This document shows, in pieces, positions 13,001 to 26,276 of a stretch of DNA of 64,000 nucleotides (within the stretch, counting starts at the first letter, position 1; every line of letters starts with the position of its first letter). A program made the position numbers and the translations under genes. The notes beneath the pieces are model-generated. The model was not told where the DNA came from and did no database searches. It was given only the letters and a program-made list of their open reading frames with translations. Source of the DNA: Eledone cirrhosa. Its lineage: Eukaryota. Location of the stretch: contig OZ024741.1 in the NCBI GenBank assembly GCA_964016885.1, forward strand, positions 51,832,001 to 51,896,000, read 5' to 3'.

Positions 13001-13900
13001 CGCTGACACAGATGCTAAAGTAAACGCTGACACAGACGCTAACATAAACGCTGACTCAGACGCTAACATAAACGCTGACTCAGATGCTAACGTAAACGCT
13101 GACACAGACGCTAACATAAACGCTGACACAGACGCTAACATAAACGCTGACACAGATGCTAACGTAAACGCTGACACAGACGCTAACGTAAACGCTGACA
13201 CAGATGCTAACGTAAACGCTGACACAGATGCTAACGGAAATGCTGACAGAGATGTTAAAGGAAACGCTGTCGCAAACGCTAATGCTAATGTGAATGCTGA
13301 TGCGGATGCTGACGCAAATGCAAACGCTGACGCTGACACAGACTCAAACACTAATGTGAATGCTGACGTGGACGCTGATGCAAACGCTGACACTGACGTT
13401 GACGATAACACAAGTGCTGACGCGGACGCTAATGATAATGCTGACTCAGAAGCAAACACTGATGGAATCGGTGACGTAGACACAGGCACTGAAACAAACG
13501 CTAATGCTAACACTAATGTTGACTCAGATGCTAAGGGAAATGCTGACACAATCACTATCACAAATGCTGACATAGATGCTGACATTTACGCAAACACTAA
13601 GGCTAATCCAAACACTAACGCAGATGCTAACACAAACTCTACATAGACACTAACACAAAAGCTTACATAGATGCTTATGTATATGCTAACGCTGACGCTG
13701 ACAGGGACGTTAACGCAAACAGTAACTGTAAGAGTAACAGTTACAGTAGCACTAACAGTGACAGTAATGCTAACAGTAACACAGTCACTAACAATAAACT
13801 TACCATTAACAGTAAAACTTACTCTAACACTAACCCTAAATCTAACATTAATCCAGAGAAAAAAGTCAATTGCAATCAGCTTTAAGGTTACTCTTTAAGA
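10020..13900. repeat. Degenerate hexamer satellite (ACTAAC / GCTGAC / GCTAAC) with a 24-bp higher-order array at about 12825-13235
   Basis: Read directly; 24-bp unit AACGCTGACACAGACGCTAACATA. The 3' flank 13750-14040 is homologous to 34270-34545. Confidence 0.9.
11699..12179 (+). mobile_element. Solo LTR (481 bp) with a 4-bp target-site duplication
   Basis: Starts TGTAGC and ends GCTACA; flanked by CAGA/CAGA (11695-11698, 12180-12183); TATAAA at about 11842 and AATAAA at about 11973; interrupts the hexamer satellite. Confidence 0.88.
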
Positions 13901-13949
13901 TATAGAAGATAGGCATTACATTTTAATGATTTTAATTTAAAGAGAATCC

Positions 13950-16900
13950 CGCTATACCACACAACACAATAACACAGCACAGCACACCACACTAACCTAC
14001 ACAGCACCAAACCAGATTATACCATACCCTGGTAAATTTATGATAGGTTTCCATGTTATAATTACACAGAACCAAACTACACCAAACCAAACCACACCAT
14101 AACAAACTACACCGTACTACATCACACCATGCTATTGAATTCAGTGTGAAAAATTTTCTTCCTGCTTTTTTTTTTTTTTTTTTTGTGCGTGTGTGTGCTT
14201 ACCACCCAATCTGACATTAAAAGTGTTCGCAATTGACTATTTTTTGCACATATTAGCAATGAAACCTAAATGAGTAGTTTTGAAACCTAAATGAGTAGTT
14301 TTGTAGAAAAAAAGGGCAGAAAGTGGGTGGATATACCATTCACAAAGCTTGTCATTTTTTATTGGAGTGGAAGTCATATTTGTTGTTAATATGGTAAAAG
14401 CATAGTCGACTGCGTGCATGATGGAGGTTGGAAAACCATACCACATTAAACTACACCAAATTACACCATACCAAACTACACCATACTACATCACACCATG
14501 CTATTAATGTCAGTGAGAAAATTTAGTGGAAACCTATCATTTGTGATAGGTTCCCATGTCATAACTACAACCATCCAAACTACATCATACCAAACCACAC
14601 CATAACAAATTACACCATACTACATCACACCATGCTTTTCATCTCAGAGTGAAACAATTTCTCTCTGTTTCTTTTTTTTCTGTGTGTGTGTTCTTACCAC
14701 CCAATCTGACATCAAAGGTTCTCGCAATTGACTATTGTTTTACACATTATCAATGTATATAACATAGAAACCTATCATTTGTGATAGGTTCCCATGTCAT
14801 AACTACAACAATCCAAACCACACCATAACAAATTACACCATACTACATCACACCATGCTTTTCATCTCAGAGTGAAACAATTTCTCTCTGTTTCTTTTTT
14901 TTCTGTATGTGTGTTCTTACCACCCAATCTGACATCAAAGGTGCTTGCAATTGACTATTTTTCGCACATATTATCAATGGTTATGACATGGAAACCTGTC
15001 GAAAATGACTAGCTTTGTAGAAAAAAGAGGGCGGAAGTGGGTGGAAAGAATATTCACAAAGCTAATCATTTTTGATTGCAGCGGAAGTCATATTTGTTGT
15101 TAATATGTTAAAAGCATAGTCAACTGCAAGCATGTTGGAGGTTGGATTAGTTGATAGCACATGGAAAAGTGAAGGGAAAAGTTTTTTTCTGACTTGCATC
15201 AAAGTGGAAATTAAAGTCCTTACTCTATAGGGAAACACATTATAACAATGAAAACCACACCACATTAATTAAACTACACCAAACTACACCATACCAAACT
15301 ACACCATATTACATCACACCATTCTATTAATCTCAGTGAGAAAATTTTTCTTCCTGTTTCTTTTTTTTCTGTATGTGTGTGCTTACCACCCAATTTGACA
15401 TCAAAGGAGCTCACAAATGACTATTTTTTCACACATTATCAATGTATATAACATGGAAACCTATCATTTGTGATAGGTTCCCATGTCATAACTACAACAA
15501 TCCAAACCACACCATAACAAATTACACCATACTACATCACACCATGCTTTTGATTTCTGTGAAAGAATTTCTCCTTGTTTCTTTTTTTTCTGTATGTGTG
15601 TACTTACCACCCAATCTGACATCAAAGGTGCTCGCAATTGACTATTTTTCGCACATATTATCAATGGTTATGACATGGAAACCTGTCGAAAATGACTAGC
15701 TTTGTAGAAAAAAGAGGGCGGAAGTGGGTGGAAAGAATATTCACAAAGCTAATCATTTTTGATTGCAGTGGAAGTCATATTTGTTGTTAATATGTTAAAA
15801 GCATAGTCAACTGCAAGCATGTTGGAGGTTGGATTAGTTGATAGCACATGGAAAAGTGAAGGGAAATTTTTTTTTCTGACTTACATCAAAGTGGAAATTA
15901 AAGTCCTTACTTTATAGAAAAACGCATTATAACAGAGCAGCCCATACCATATTAAACTACCCCAAAACACACCACACTACATCACACCATGGTAAATTTA
16001 TTGAAGAATACCTATGACATGGAAACCTATAGTTTGTGATAGTTCGCATGTCATAACTACAACAATCTAAACCACACCATACTACATCACACCATGCTAT
16101 TGATCTGTGTTAAACATTTTCTTCCTGCTTTTTTGTGTTTTTTTTTGTGTCCAACCCAATCTAACATTAAAAGTGCTCGCAACTGACTATTTTTTGCACA
16201 TATTATCAATGTTTATGACTTTGAAACCTGTTGAAAATGACTAGCTTTGTAGAAAAAAGAGGGTGGAAGTGGGCAGAAATATTATTCACAAAGCTTGTCA
16301 TTTTTGATTGCAGTGGAAGTCATATTTGTTGTTAATATGATAACAGCGTAGACAACTGCGAGCATGTTGGAAGTTGGATTAGTTGATAGCAGATGGAAAA
16401 ATAAAGGGAAAAATTTTACTGTCTTAAATCAAAGTGGAAAGGGGGCACATTTCGCCAATGGAGGCAGTGTTCTGGTACAACATGTCTCCTCGGCTGGGAG
16501 AGGCTGAGGATTTGGTGCCGCACAGGGTAATATATAGATACGAATGGCGACACCCGTGCATGGTATCACAGCAGCCGGTGGAGAGAGAGCACATTCGTAC
16601 GAGTGGGCAAAGAGGTATGGGTCAAGCCCCTGAATGCACGTTGCACATCTCAATGGGGAAAGGGAATGGTAACCGCCGTAAATTCCCAAAACAACGTGTC
16701 TGTGGACAGAATGCCACGTCACGCCTTGGACATCAGTAGAGTCATTGTTGTGACGGACTCCAAGGAAGAGGAAAACGAAAGTGCCACCCCAACAGTGCAG
16801 AGATCGCAACGGAGCCGCCACCAACCTAGGTGGATGGTGGATTTTGAGATGGAATAGTGTGATGGGGGTACTGATCCTTGAGATCAGGGGCTGCCAAGAG

Positions 16901-17803
16901 ATAGAGGGGTGGTGTAAAGCTGCCGTGGGAGGGGGATTGCTGGAAATTAGGGGATGCCTGACCGGAAGCAGGAGGGCGGGGGCAACTTGAAGGATCAAGC
17001 CGTGAACAGCCCTCTCTTAACTGTTGGCTCTGCAAGGTGATGGGTGTGGGAAGACAGGCGCTAGTGGAAGTACCCCACGTGCACGGTGGAACAAGCGATA
17101 GAAAGACGCAAGGTAAGTCTGAATGCCTCTGGCTACAAGCATGTTGGAGGTTGGATTTGTTGATAGCACATGGAAAAACGAAGGAAAAATTTTTTTTCTG
17201 ACTTAAATCAAAGTGGAATTAAAGTCTTTACATTATAGGAAAACACATTATAAGAAAGCAGACCACACCACATTAAACTACCCCCAAACACACCACACTA
17301 CATCACACCATGGTAAATTTATTGAAGAGCACCTTCTCCTTGATCTTAGTGTGTCAAATTTTTTTCAGTTTATTTATTTTTGTGTGTGTGCTTACCACTC
17401 AAGCTGACATCAAAGGTGCTCGCTAATGACTATTTTTTGCATATTATCAATAATTATGACATGGAAACCTATCATTTGCTATAGGTTTCCTCGTCATAAC
17501 TACAACAATCCAAACCACGCCATACCAAAATACACCATGCTATTGATCTCAGTGTGAAACATTTTTCTTGCTGCTTTTTTGTGTGCTCACCACCCAATCT
17601 GACATTAAAAGTACTCACAAATGACTATTCTTTGCACATATTATCAATGGTTATGACTTTGAAACCTGTTGAAAATGACTAGCTTTGTAGAAAAAAAAGG
17701 GTGGAAGTGGGCAGAAATACCATTCACAAAGCTAGACATTTTTTATTGTAGTGGAAGTCATATTTGTTGTTAATATGGTAAAAGCATAGATAACTGCGAG
17801 CAT
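13950..17803. repeat. Tandem complex satellite (period about 690 bp, with partial units), each unit carrying an imperfect palindrome of about 250 bp
   Basis: CTTACCACCCAATCTGACATC recurs at about 14198, 14693, 14916, 15382, 15603, 17391 and 17587; dispersed copies at 34600-34890 and 50560-50730. Confidence 0.85.
16440..17137 (+). mobile_element. Gypsy-like LTR retrotransposon 3' remnant (integrase C-terminus, PPT, short LTR)
   Basis: Frameshifted FWYNMSPR...YRYEWRHP / VWVKPLNARCTSQWGKG.VT.VNS.NNVSVD.MPRH..DI; purine tract, then TGTAAAGC (about 16913) to GGCTACA (17137). Confidence 0.65.
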
Positions 17804-17804
17804 T

Positions 17805-19370
17805 GCCTCCTGAACACGCCCTGGTCTTCCACCTGATGTACGCCCAGAGCTATGTGCTGCAGCTTCCTTAAACCGCAACTCAGCACAACATGAAAGTTAC
17901 AGTCTACGTGATGATGGGCAGATATGGAAGTTTATTAAGGCTGGTGAAACATGGAAAAGAGATACCAGCTGGTCTAAAAACATTGTACCCACAACAACTG
18001 GCAATAAAAAAACTGAAAAAACTCTAGGAAACTAAATCAGAACAACCTGTCATCCCCTGCACATCATCAAAGACTGAAATCAAGGTACAAATTGTTGTCC
18101 TTAAATGAACATAGTCTATGCAATAAGATACATCTTTTTGATTCCTACGTCAAAAGTATCGACTCTGACTTCATTACAGTCACGGAAACATGGACACATT
18201 CCTTACTCTGTGATGGGGTTTCAGCATAACTGGCTACAACTTGTTTCGTAAAGACCGCATTAATCGTCGTGGTGGTCAAACTATGTTCGGTCAAACTTTT
18301 CAGCAATTCCTTGTGTTGAACCAATTTGAACCAATTGCAGCAAGAAGTATTTTTCTGCGATATACGTATGACCATGTCAAAATTTCTACTTGGAGTCGTT
18401 TACCACCCCCCAAATTATCACCAGGACACTCAGCTTTGTGATATCCTCAGAGCTGCTGAGAGGAAAACAGCTACTTATCTTTTTATTGCAAGGGATTTCA
18501 ATCACCCTGCGATTGACTGGGAAACCTTTTGTTGGCCGCAAAGTGCAAATGATTTCCTTGAGCTAGTGCTGGACTCAAACTGGTCCCAAGTAGTCACCTC
18601 CCCAACAAGAGGTGACAACACTTTGGATCTACTCTTCACCATTACTCCTGAAATGGTTATTAGTGTTACTACTGAGGAACCTTTAGCTGACTCTGATCAT
18701 GCTATGATCATTGCCAATCTGTCCCTCATGGGCAGTAACAAAAACCACAACCATCTCCAAACTGCTCACTTTGACTGCAATAAAGCAGACTGGAACTGTT
18801 ACTGCACCGAGCTGCAACGTCCAAACTGGCTTGAATTTTATGACTCTGGAGATGTCAAAACTGTACTCCAGAACAACCTGAACTCAATATGGACAGCATG
18901 TGCAGCATCAGTGCCATGTAAGCAGAAAAAACATCCCAAAAGGGCAATTTGGGAGATGCAGCAGTCCATCTTGCCAGGAAAGAATGTCGTAATGCTGAAC
19001 GTGAGTACAAATTGCACAAATCAGATATCAATAGGAAAAACCGAAATAAATCATCCAACCCTCTCAAGCAGGTGAAAAAAAAGGCAGTGCTTGAATTTGA
19101 ACAGCGCGTAGCAACCAGCCCTGACAGTAAGGTGTTCTGGAAGTATGTACACTCAAAGCAGAGACCTCACTCTCCAGTTGGTCCTCTTTGCAATCCCCAC
19201 ACAAGCCAGATTACTGACACCCCAAGGAATGCGCAGAACTCATTGCTGAATGCTATACAGGCATTTTCACTGTTGAAGACTAAAATGTACCATTTCCACC
19301 ACCTCTGACATCAGATTCTATTACAACTATGGAATTTACACCTGCAATGCTGGTGAAGTGTTTTCGATGC
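17805..19370 (+). mobile_element. Degenerate CR1/L2-group LINE (ORF1 end and APE domain)
   Basis: ITVTETW, FRKDRINRRGG, VYHPP, RDFNHP.IDW, PTRGDNTLDLLFT, SDH, K.FWKYV; multiple frameshifts. Confidence 0.8.
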
Positions 19371-19640
19371 TCAGAGAGTGGGATTGGTCAAATGCAAGGC
19401 TTTTCCCCACGTAAAAAACCTTCAAAGCACAGGCATTGCTTGTTCAGGATATATTACAGGTTTGTGTGACTGGCCATAGCCTAAAAGTGCACCAAACTCT
19501 ATAATCTGACAAGTGATTGCAGTACTCTTAGAAAAGTTTGCAGCCATCATGTATATATATATATATATATACACACATTCAAACATATATAAATATATAT
19601 ATATATGTTTGAATGGGTACATATATATATATGTGTTTGA

Positions 19641-19686
<46 letters not shown>

Positions 19687-20079
19687 TATATATATATATA
19701 TATATATCATCATCATCATTGTTTTACATAAATTCTTCTATGCTGGCATGGGTTAGATGAGTTCTCCTGTTGTGGGCAATAGTAGGTCAGGTGACCATGT
19801 CTTGCTCATACAGAACTGATTTTGGCTTGGTTCCTACAGCTGGATGCCCTTCCTAATGCCAAGCTCATTTACAGTGAATATTGGGTGCGTTTTGTCGTGA
19901 TACCTCCATGACTACTTTACAGTGTGGACTGGGTCTTTTTTACTGTGTTACTATCACGGCCACTTTACAGTGTTTCGGCCTCTTCTCATGAAAGATGTAT
20001 GGCAGGGTGGGATGGGGTGGTGCATACTGTATATATGTTTTGGCTTGGGCCCGTGGGAAGTCGGGTTTTCTGTATTACC

Positions 20080-20270
20080 TCATAATTGTTTCTAATTTTG
20101 GCACAAGGCCAGCAATTACCCAGTTCATTACTGGTACTTATTTTATCGACCTGGTAAGGATGAAAGGCAAAGTTAACCTCGACGGGATTTGAACTCAGAC
20201 CGTAAAGGGACGTAACTATGCTGGAAAGCATGGCGTCTGACCCTCTACCGATACTGCCAATTCACCGCCA
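20080..20270 (-). mobile_element. tRNA-derived SINE with Meta-like domain
   Basis: Minus strand: A-box-like TGGCAGTATCGG, B-box GAGTTCAAATCC, then GCCTTTCATCCTTAC..GTCGATAAAAT.AGTACCAG. Confidence 0.8.
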
Positions 20271-23065
20271 GAGATCTTGGTCCCGTGTCATTGCCTTTCA
20301 GAGGTGCAATTGGGCAAGGTGGACTTTTATCACATTATCTCAAGTCTTCCTGGGTCTTTATGTAGCTGTCATCCTTCATACACATCACATGTCCTTACAA
20401 CGTAATCTCTTCTCTTGTACACAGCAGTTGATTCCTCTTATGCCTAGTTTCTTTCTAAGTTTGTTTATACTTTGCTGTTCATGTATATTACTATTACACA
20501 TCCATCGCTGCATGCAAACTTCATTTCTTTCCAATCTACGCAAGTCTTCTGCATACAGCGTCTAGGTCTCACTACCATGCAACATTTCTGTTCGTATACA
20601 CGCGTCATACAGTCTACCTTTTATTCTGGGGGAAAAGCCTTTTGTTGCCAGCAGAGGTAAAAGCTCCCTCAACTTCTTCCATCCTGTTCTTACCATGGTT
20701 ACTGTACTTTCAGAACACCCACTACTGTTGCTAATTCGGTCACCCAGTTAGCAGAAGCTGTCTACTGTTTCTACAGAGCCCTCCCAGACTTTGATGACGC
20801 TTGTTTCCTGTGATCGTTTGCTGCTTACTATCCTGGCGCAACTGCTCCATGTAATGCTTACATTCTTAGCTAAACTCCCTGAGATCCCACTATATCTTTT
20901 GTGTACCTATAGTCTGCCTATGGGACAGAGGAAGGAGTTTCTACTTACACCTTTCCTATATACTGAGCAAGGCCATTTCCCTGAAGGGATCTGGGCTCTG
21001 CTTTCTCTTCTACATACCAGGACCTTAGTCTTTGTCAGGTTGACTTTAAGATTCCTTCTTTCTAGGCCCTGCTATCATGTTTCAAATTTCTTCTCTAGTT
21101 CCACCATGGATTCAGCTATGAGTGTAAGATCATCCACGTACAGGAGTTCCCATGGGCAGCAGGTCTATTATAGGCAGCAGTTCTATAATGAACAGGAGAG
21201 GGCTAAAGACAGCTTTGGTGGATGCCTACCTGCATGCTAAATTCCTTGCTCTAGTCATTGTTAATCCTAACTTTGCTGACTGCTCCCCTAAACATGGCTT
21301 GTACAGCCTTCACAAGCCACTCATCTACTCCTAGTTTTCTAAGAGCCCACCAGATTATGGCACAGGGCACTTTGTCAAATGCTTTCTCCAGATCAACAAA
21401 TGCCAGGTAGAGTGGCTTACTTTTAACTCGGTACTTCACTTGTAACTGCCTCACCAGGAAGAGAGCATCTATGGTGCTTTTGCCTGGTACAAATCCAAAC
21501 TGCATCTCATCCAGATTTACCCTGTCCCTAATCAATTGTGCTATAACTCTTTCAGTTACTTTCATGACCTGGTCCATCAGCTTTATATCTCTATAGTTTC
21601 CTCTATCTAGTGCATCTCCTTTACCCTTGTAGTAGTTAACAATGATTCTGCTGCACCATTCCTTTAGTATGATGCAATCTAGTATTACTTTGTTTTCAAT
21701 ACGTGCGGTTATAGCATGACTACCAACCCAGATGCTTTCAGCATCTCGGCAACTATTCCCGATGGACCGGCTGATTTCCCAGTCTTCATATTCTTAATTG
21801 CCTTACTTACTACACTGCTGCTAACCTGTATTGCTTGGCCCTCTATGGGGTTCACTTGGGGTAGGGTCTCTTTCTCCCCTGCATTCTCTTCAATCAGTAA
21901 TCTTTCATAATGGCTCATCCATCTAGCTTTCTTTTCAGCACCTGTGAGGGCAAGTGCACCTTTATCATCCCAGACACACTTCTCACCGATGACATCGCAA
22001 TTTTCTCTAACACACTGTCTCACAATCCTGAACACCTGTTTCTGGTCCTCATGCTGCAAAATATGCTTGCATTTTCTATCCACCACTTCTCTTCTTCCTA
22101 AGTATACTTGTTGTCTAGCTTCCCGCCTGGTCTCTATGTAGTGTACTCTGCTCCCCCATTCTTCCATTCATCTACCTTATTGTTCCACTACCAAGTCACT
22201 CTACTTCTGCCCGTGGTCTTGCTCCAACCACAAATCTCATGTCGCCTTTAGTAAGTTATTTTTTAGGAAATCCCAGTGCTCTTCTAAATTGAATGTCTCT
22301 ATCTGTTCTGCTTTACTGTCATAGGCGTCGAGTAAGATATCTTTAAATCTGTTACTGGCTGAGGGGTCTTTCAGCTCCCAGATCTTTCTTCTCCAAGTTG
22401 ACTTCTGTTTCCAAGGTCCTCTAGTTCTGACAATGAGGTCGCTGACTATTAGCTTATGTTGGGAGGTACATTCCTCATCAGGGAAGGCTTTCATGTTTAC
22501 AACCGTTTATCTATCTCGACCTCTGGTAAGGATAACATCTGACTAGAATGATCCCTGGATCTACAGGTGATCAGGTGATTGTTGGGTGTTTTGAAGTTAG
22601 TGTTACATATCGACAGGTTGTTGGCGTTGCAGAATTCTAGAAGCCTGTAGACTTCTTCATTTCTTGCGCCAATCCCATAGCTGCCATTGACTCGGTAGAA
22701 ACTGTCACTGTGTTTCCCAACGTGTCCGTTAAAGTCCCCTGCAATGAGTAGGGAGTTATTGTCATTCGTTAGAGTGGTGGCATTCATTAGGGACTCATAA
22801 AACCTATCTTTAAGTTCACCTGACAACACAGATTGGTATGCGTATGCGGATATAATTGTAGTTATTGTTTTATTTAGGACTCGTCTGAGTTTAATGATTC
22901 TCGCGTTTACTCTGTTCATGGAGATTACCTTATCTACCCATTTGTCAGCTAATAGTATACCTACACCACCAAGTCCATTGTAATTTCACACCAAGACAAA
23001 TTTGTAGCATGTTTTTTGCCTGTCAGGACTCTAGATGATTCTCCTCTCCATCTAGTCTGCTGCAC

Positions 23066-23068
<3 letters not shown>
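20270..23068 (-). mobile_element. Degenerate near-full-length RTE-clade LINE (APE + RT)
   Basis: [65 protein letters not shown]; many stops and frameshifts. Confidence 0.9.
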
Positions 23069-23140
<72 letters not shown>

Positions 23141-23429
23141 TTTACCTGTTCCAGCCGTCCAGCCGAGGCCATGCTGGAGCACCGCCCTTGTTGCTACATG
23201 TTCTATCTCCAGCCTGTGTTGACTGGCCATTGGTGTAAGAGAGAGTTCGTTGCTACTGCTCTTAGATTGCCTTTGGACTCATTTGGGATCCTGGATAGCA
23301 GAGTGTCAAGATGTTTCTTGAAAACATCCAAGTCCACACCATACAGATATCTCAAATTTCTTGGCAGCTTGTTAAGCCCCAGGCTATTGCAATATCATCA
23401 TCATCATCATCATCATCATCATCGTTTAA

Positions 23430-25680
23430 CGTCTATCTTCCACGCTCCTTATTCTAGATGTGAAAAACGGGACCTTTGGCACTACACAGTAACGTCCTGT
23501 TTCGAGGAAGGTCCAGCTCTCAATGCCAAAGTTTGGTGCTAGTCCCTCCAGGACCTTCTATATGTATATCACTGTGTATCTCTCTTGCCTTCATTCCAAA
23601 GAGTTGAGTTTCAGTTCTTTTAGCCTTTCCCAGTAGCTCATCTCTTTCATCGTGGTAATCCTCTTGATGTAGCTTCGTTGGATTGCTTCAATCTCTGTGG
23701 TTAGTTTCATACTATGGGGTGACCAAAGTTGGGAGCAGTAGTCCAGTCAGCTTAGGACAAATGTCCTCCATAGTAACAACATGGTTTCTCAACATCCAGC
23801 CAGAAAGTCATCTGCACATTGTCACCACTCTCATGATGTGTGAAGAAAAGATGCATTGTCGCTCATGTCTATACCCAGGTCTTGTATCGATTTTGACACA
23901 GGGAATTCAATTTCTCTTGGTCATGTGTAGCTGTGTTGTACTGTCCTTGTGTTAGCATATTGATATTGTAGGGCTTGAAATTTTCCAGCATTAAACTGCA
24001 TGTTTTTTTTCCTCAGCCCATTTGTATATGGCATCCAGATCTTGTTGTAAAAGGGTAGCATCAGCCAGGTTCTTGATTTCCTGGGCTAACTTTGTGTCAT
24101 CAGCATAGCTAGTGAGGGATGTTGTATGTACTACAGAGGACATGTCTGAGAGAACCATCAAAAACAGTAGTGGATCCAAGTCTGTGCCCTGGGGCACCCC
24201 ACTTCTTATTGACGTTTCCTTTGAGAGGGCCCCATTGGCTGCAACTCCCTGGCTTCTAAGAAATTATGCAGCCACTCACTTTTCCAGTTATGCCGAGTCT
24301 ATGTAGTTTGTGTCAGAACATTCCATGGTCGACCTTGTCGATGGCCTTCACAAAGTGAAGATATATCCACATGTGAGCTGTCCAGCAGTTGTTTTAGTAC
24401 GCAGTCATAGTGTTGTAACAGCTGTGTAAGGCAGCTTCTTCCTGGGCGAAAGCCATGCTGAGTATTAGTTAGGCAGTCATTTTCTTCGAGGAACGTCATC
24501 AGTTTCTATCTGATGATTCGTTCCATGACCTTACTGATATGTGATATCAGGAAGACTGGCCTGTAGTTTTTAGCCTCTGCTCTTCTTCCTCATTTATGGA
24601 TAGCGCATATTGTGCCTTCCTTTAGCTCTCTGGTTAGTTTACCACCAGCCAATGAACTTCTGAAGAGGGTCTTCAGTGGTCTTGCTAAAGCATGCTTACA
24701 TGATTTTAGGAGGATTGCTGGGAATCCATCAGGCCCAGCAGCTGAGTTTGTTCTAATTTCTTCTATAGTGGATATCACATCTTCCTGTGGTTGATGGTCG
24801 CCATTTCTTTGTGGAATGTTGTGGCATCAAAGGTAGGTGAAAATCTCCGAGCAGCAGAATGTTGTGACTCTGGTCCAGTTGGTCAAATACTTCTTCCATC
24901 TTTCTAAAGCTACCTTTGAACTTATCTTCATCTGGTGGCCAATATGTGACACACATTACCATTTTCAGTTGCTTCATATGTACTATCAGTGTGTCACAGA
25001 CTAAGTTGGAATGTGTGAACAGTACAATGGCTGTGACATCTTGACGGATGTACAAGGCAACTCCACCATGAGTTCTGTCCCTCCTATCCAAACGAAATAC
25101 AGTACACTCTGGTATGTGTATTTCCACATCAGCTATACTAGTTGTCAGGTGTGTTTCAGTTAGTGCCATGCATATTGCTTAATTACCCTATGACTAAGTC
25201 TCTCAGGTAGGGAATTTTACTCATATTGATGAGTTTCACCAGTCCTCTGACATTCAACAGCAGCACTGGTGTGACATTTGGGCTGTCAGTGTGGCACCTG
25301 TGTTGGTATCAGAGGTGCCCCCCCCCACCCTGGGTCCCTTGATAGTGGTGGTCTCTAGTGCTGGTGTGAGTGATCTTGGTTCTGAAAACAATGTAGCAAG
25401 CTCAGTTGTCCCATAATCCTCTCTACCATTTCTAAAAATTATCTTTGCTCTGCTGCCGACATCTGTGTTACATCTAATCTATATATATGCTTTCCTCCTC
25501 CTCTTTGTTGGGACGGCACATGTATCATCAACAATTATTTTGGTTGGCGGCGACCTATCAGCCAGGCTCCCTCCTTTGATCATTACTTCCACTTCTATCT
25601 TTGTCCAATTTCGTTGGCTTCTATTTGCATTACGCTTATTTTTCTTATTTGCATTTCCTTCTTGCATGTAGTCCATTATA
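23430..25680 (-). mobile_element. Degenerate, internally deleted CR1/L2-group LINE
   Basis: ALTETHL, HGGVALY, LLGDF, SAAGPDGFP, QHGFRPGRSCLTQLL, VPQGT, YADD; same broad family as 2431-6650. Confidence 0.85.
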
Positions 25681-25954
25681 TGTATATATAAATATTTACA
25701 TATATGTATGCATATATATGTATGTATAAATATATATATATATATGGATATTTATGTATATGTATATATATGTATGTATGTATATATATATATATATATC
25801 ATCACCATCATCATTTCATTTTACGTCCGCTTTTTCCCTGCTTGCAAGGGTGGGAGGGGAACTGATTCTGGCTTGATTTCTACAGCAACCTCATTTACAG
25901 TGAGTGCTGGGTGCTTTTTTGCCGTGGCACCTACACGTCCACTTTACAGTGGAA

Positions 25955-26080
25955 TGATATGGACCCCAGTCCCTTTCATCTCATTTCTACAGGTGAGTAA
26001 ACTGGAGCAATGTGAAATAAAGTGTCTTGCTTAGGAAACGATTGCAAGGCCAATGCTCTAACCACTAAGCCATGTGCCTC

Positions 26081-26082
<2 letters not shown>
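25955..26082 (-). mobile_element. CORE-like SINE fragment
   Basis: GTGAAATAAAGTGTCTTGC..AGG and a CTAACCACTAAGCCA (A-box complement) end. Confidence 0.5.
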
Positions 26083-26173
<91 letters not shown>

Positions 26174-26210
26174 ATTAAATAAATGGAAACTATATTTATA
26201 AAACCATATT

Positions 26211-26276
26211 TATTTCGTTATATATATTTCAGGGATATCATATTAACAATATGTTATGCCTTCTTCAGACAAAATA
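26211..26276 (-). ncRNA. Hammerhead ribozyme in the Naiad 3' pLTR
   Basis: tattttgt-CTGAAGA-agg..catatt-gtt-aatatg..cct-GAAA-tatat-ATA-acgaaata; 8-bp stem I, palindromic stem III. Confidence 0.8.

Noticed and set aside
12825-13235. CRISPR-like regular repeats
   Set aside because: Head-to-tail 24-bp units with no unique spacers, no cas genes and a eukaryotic context.
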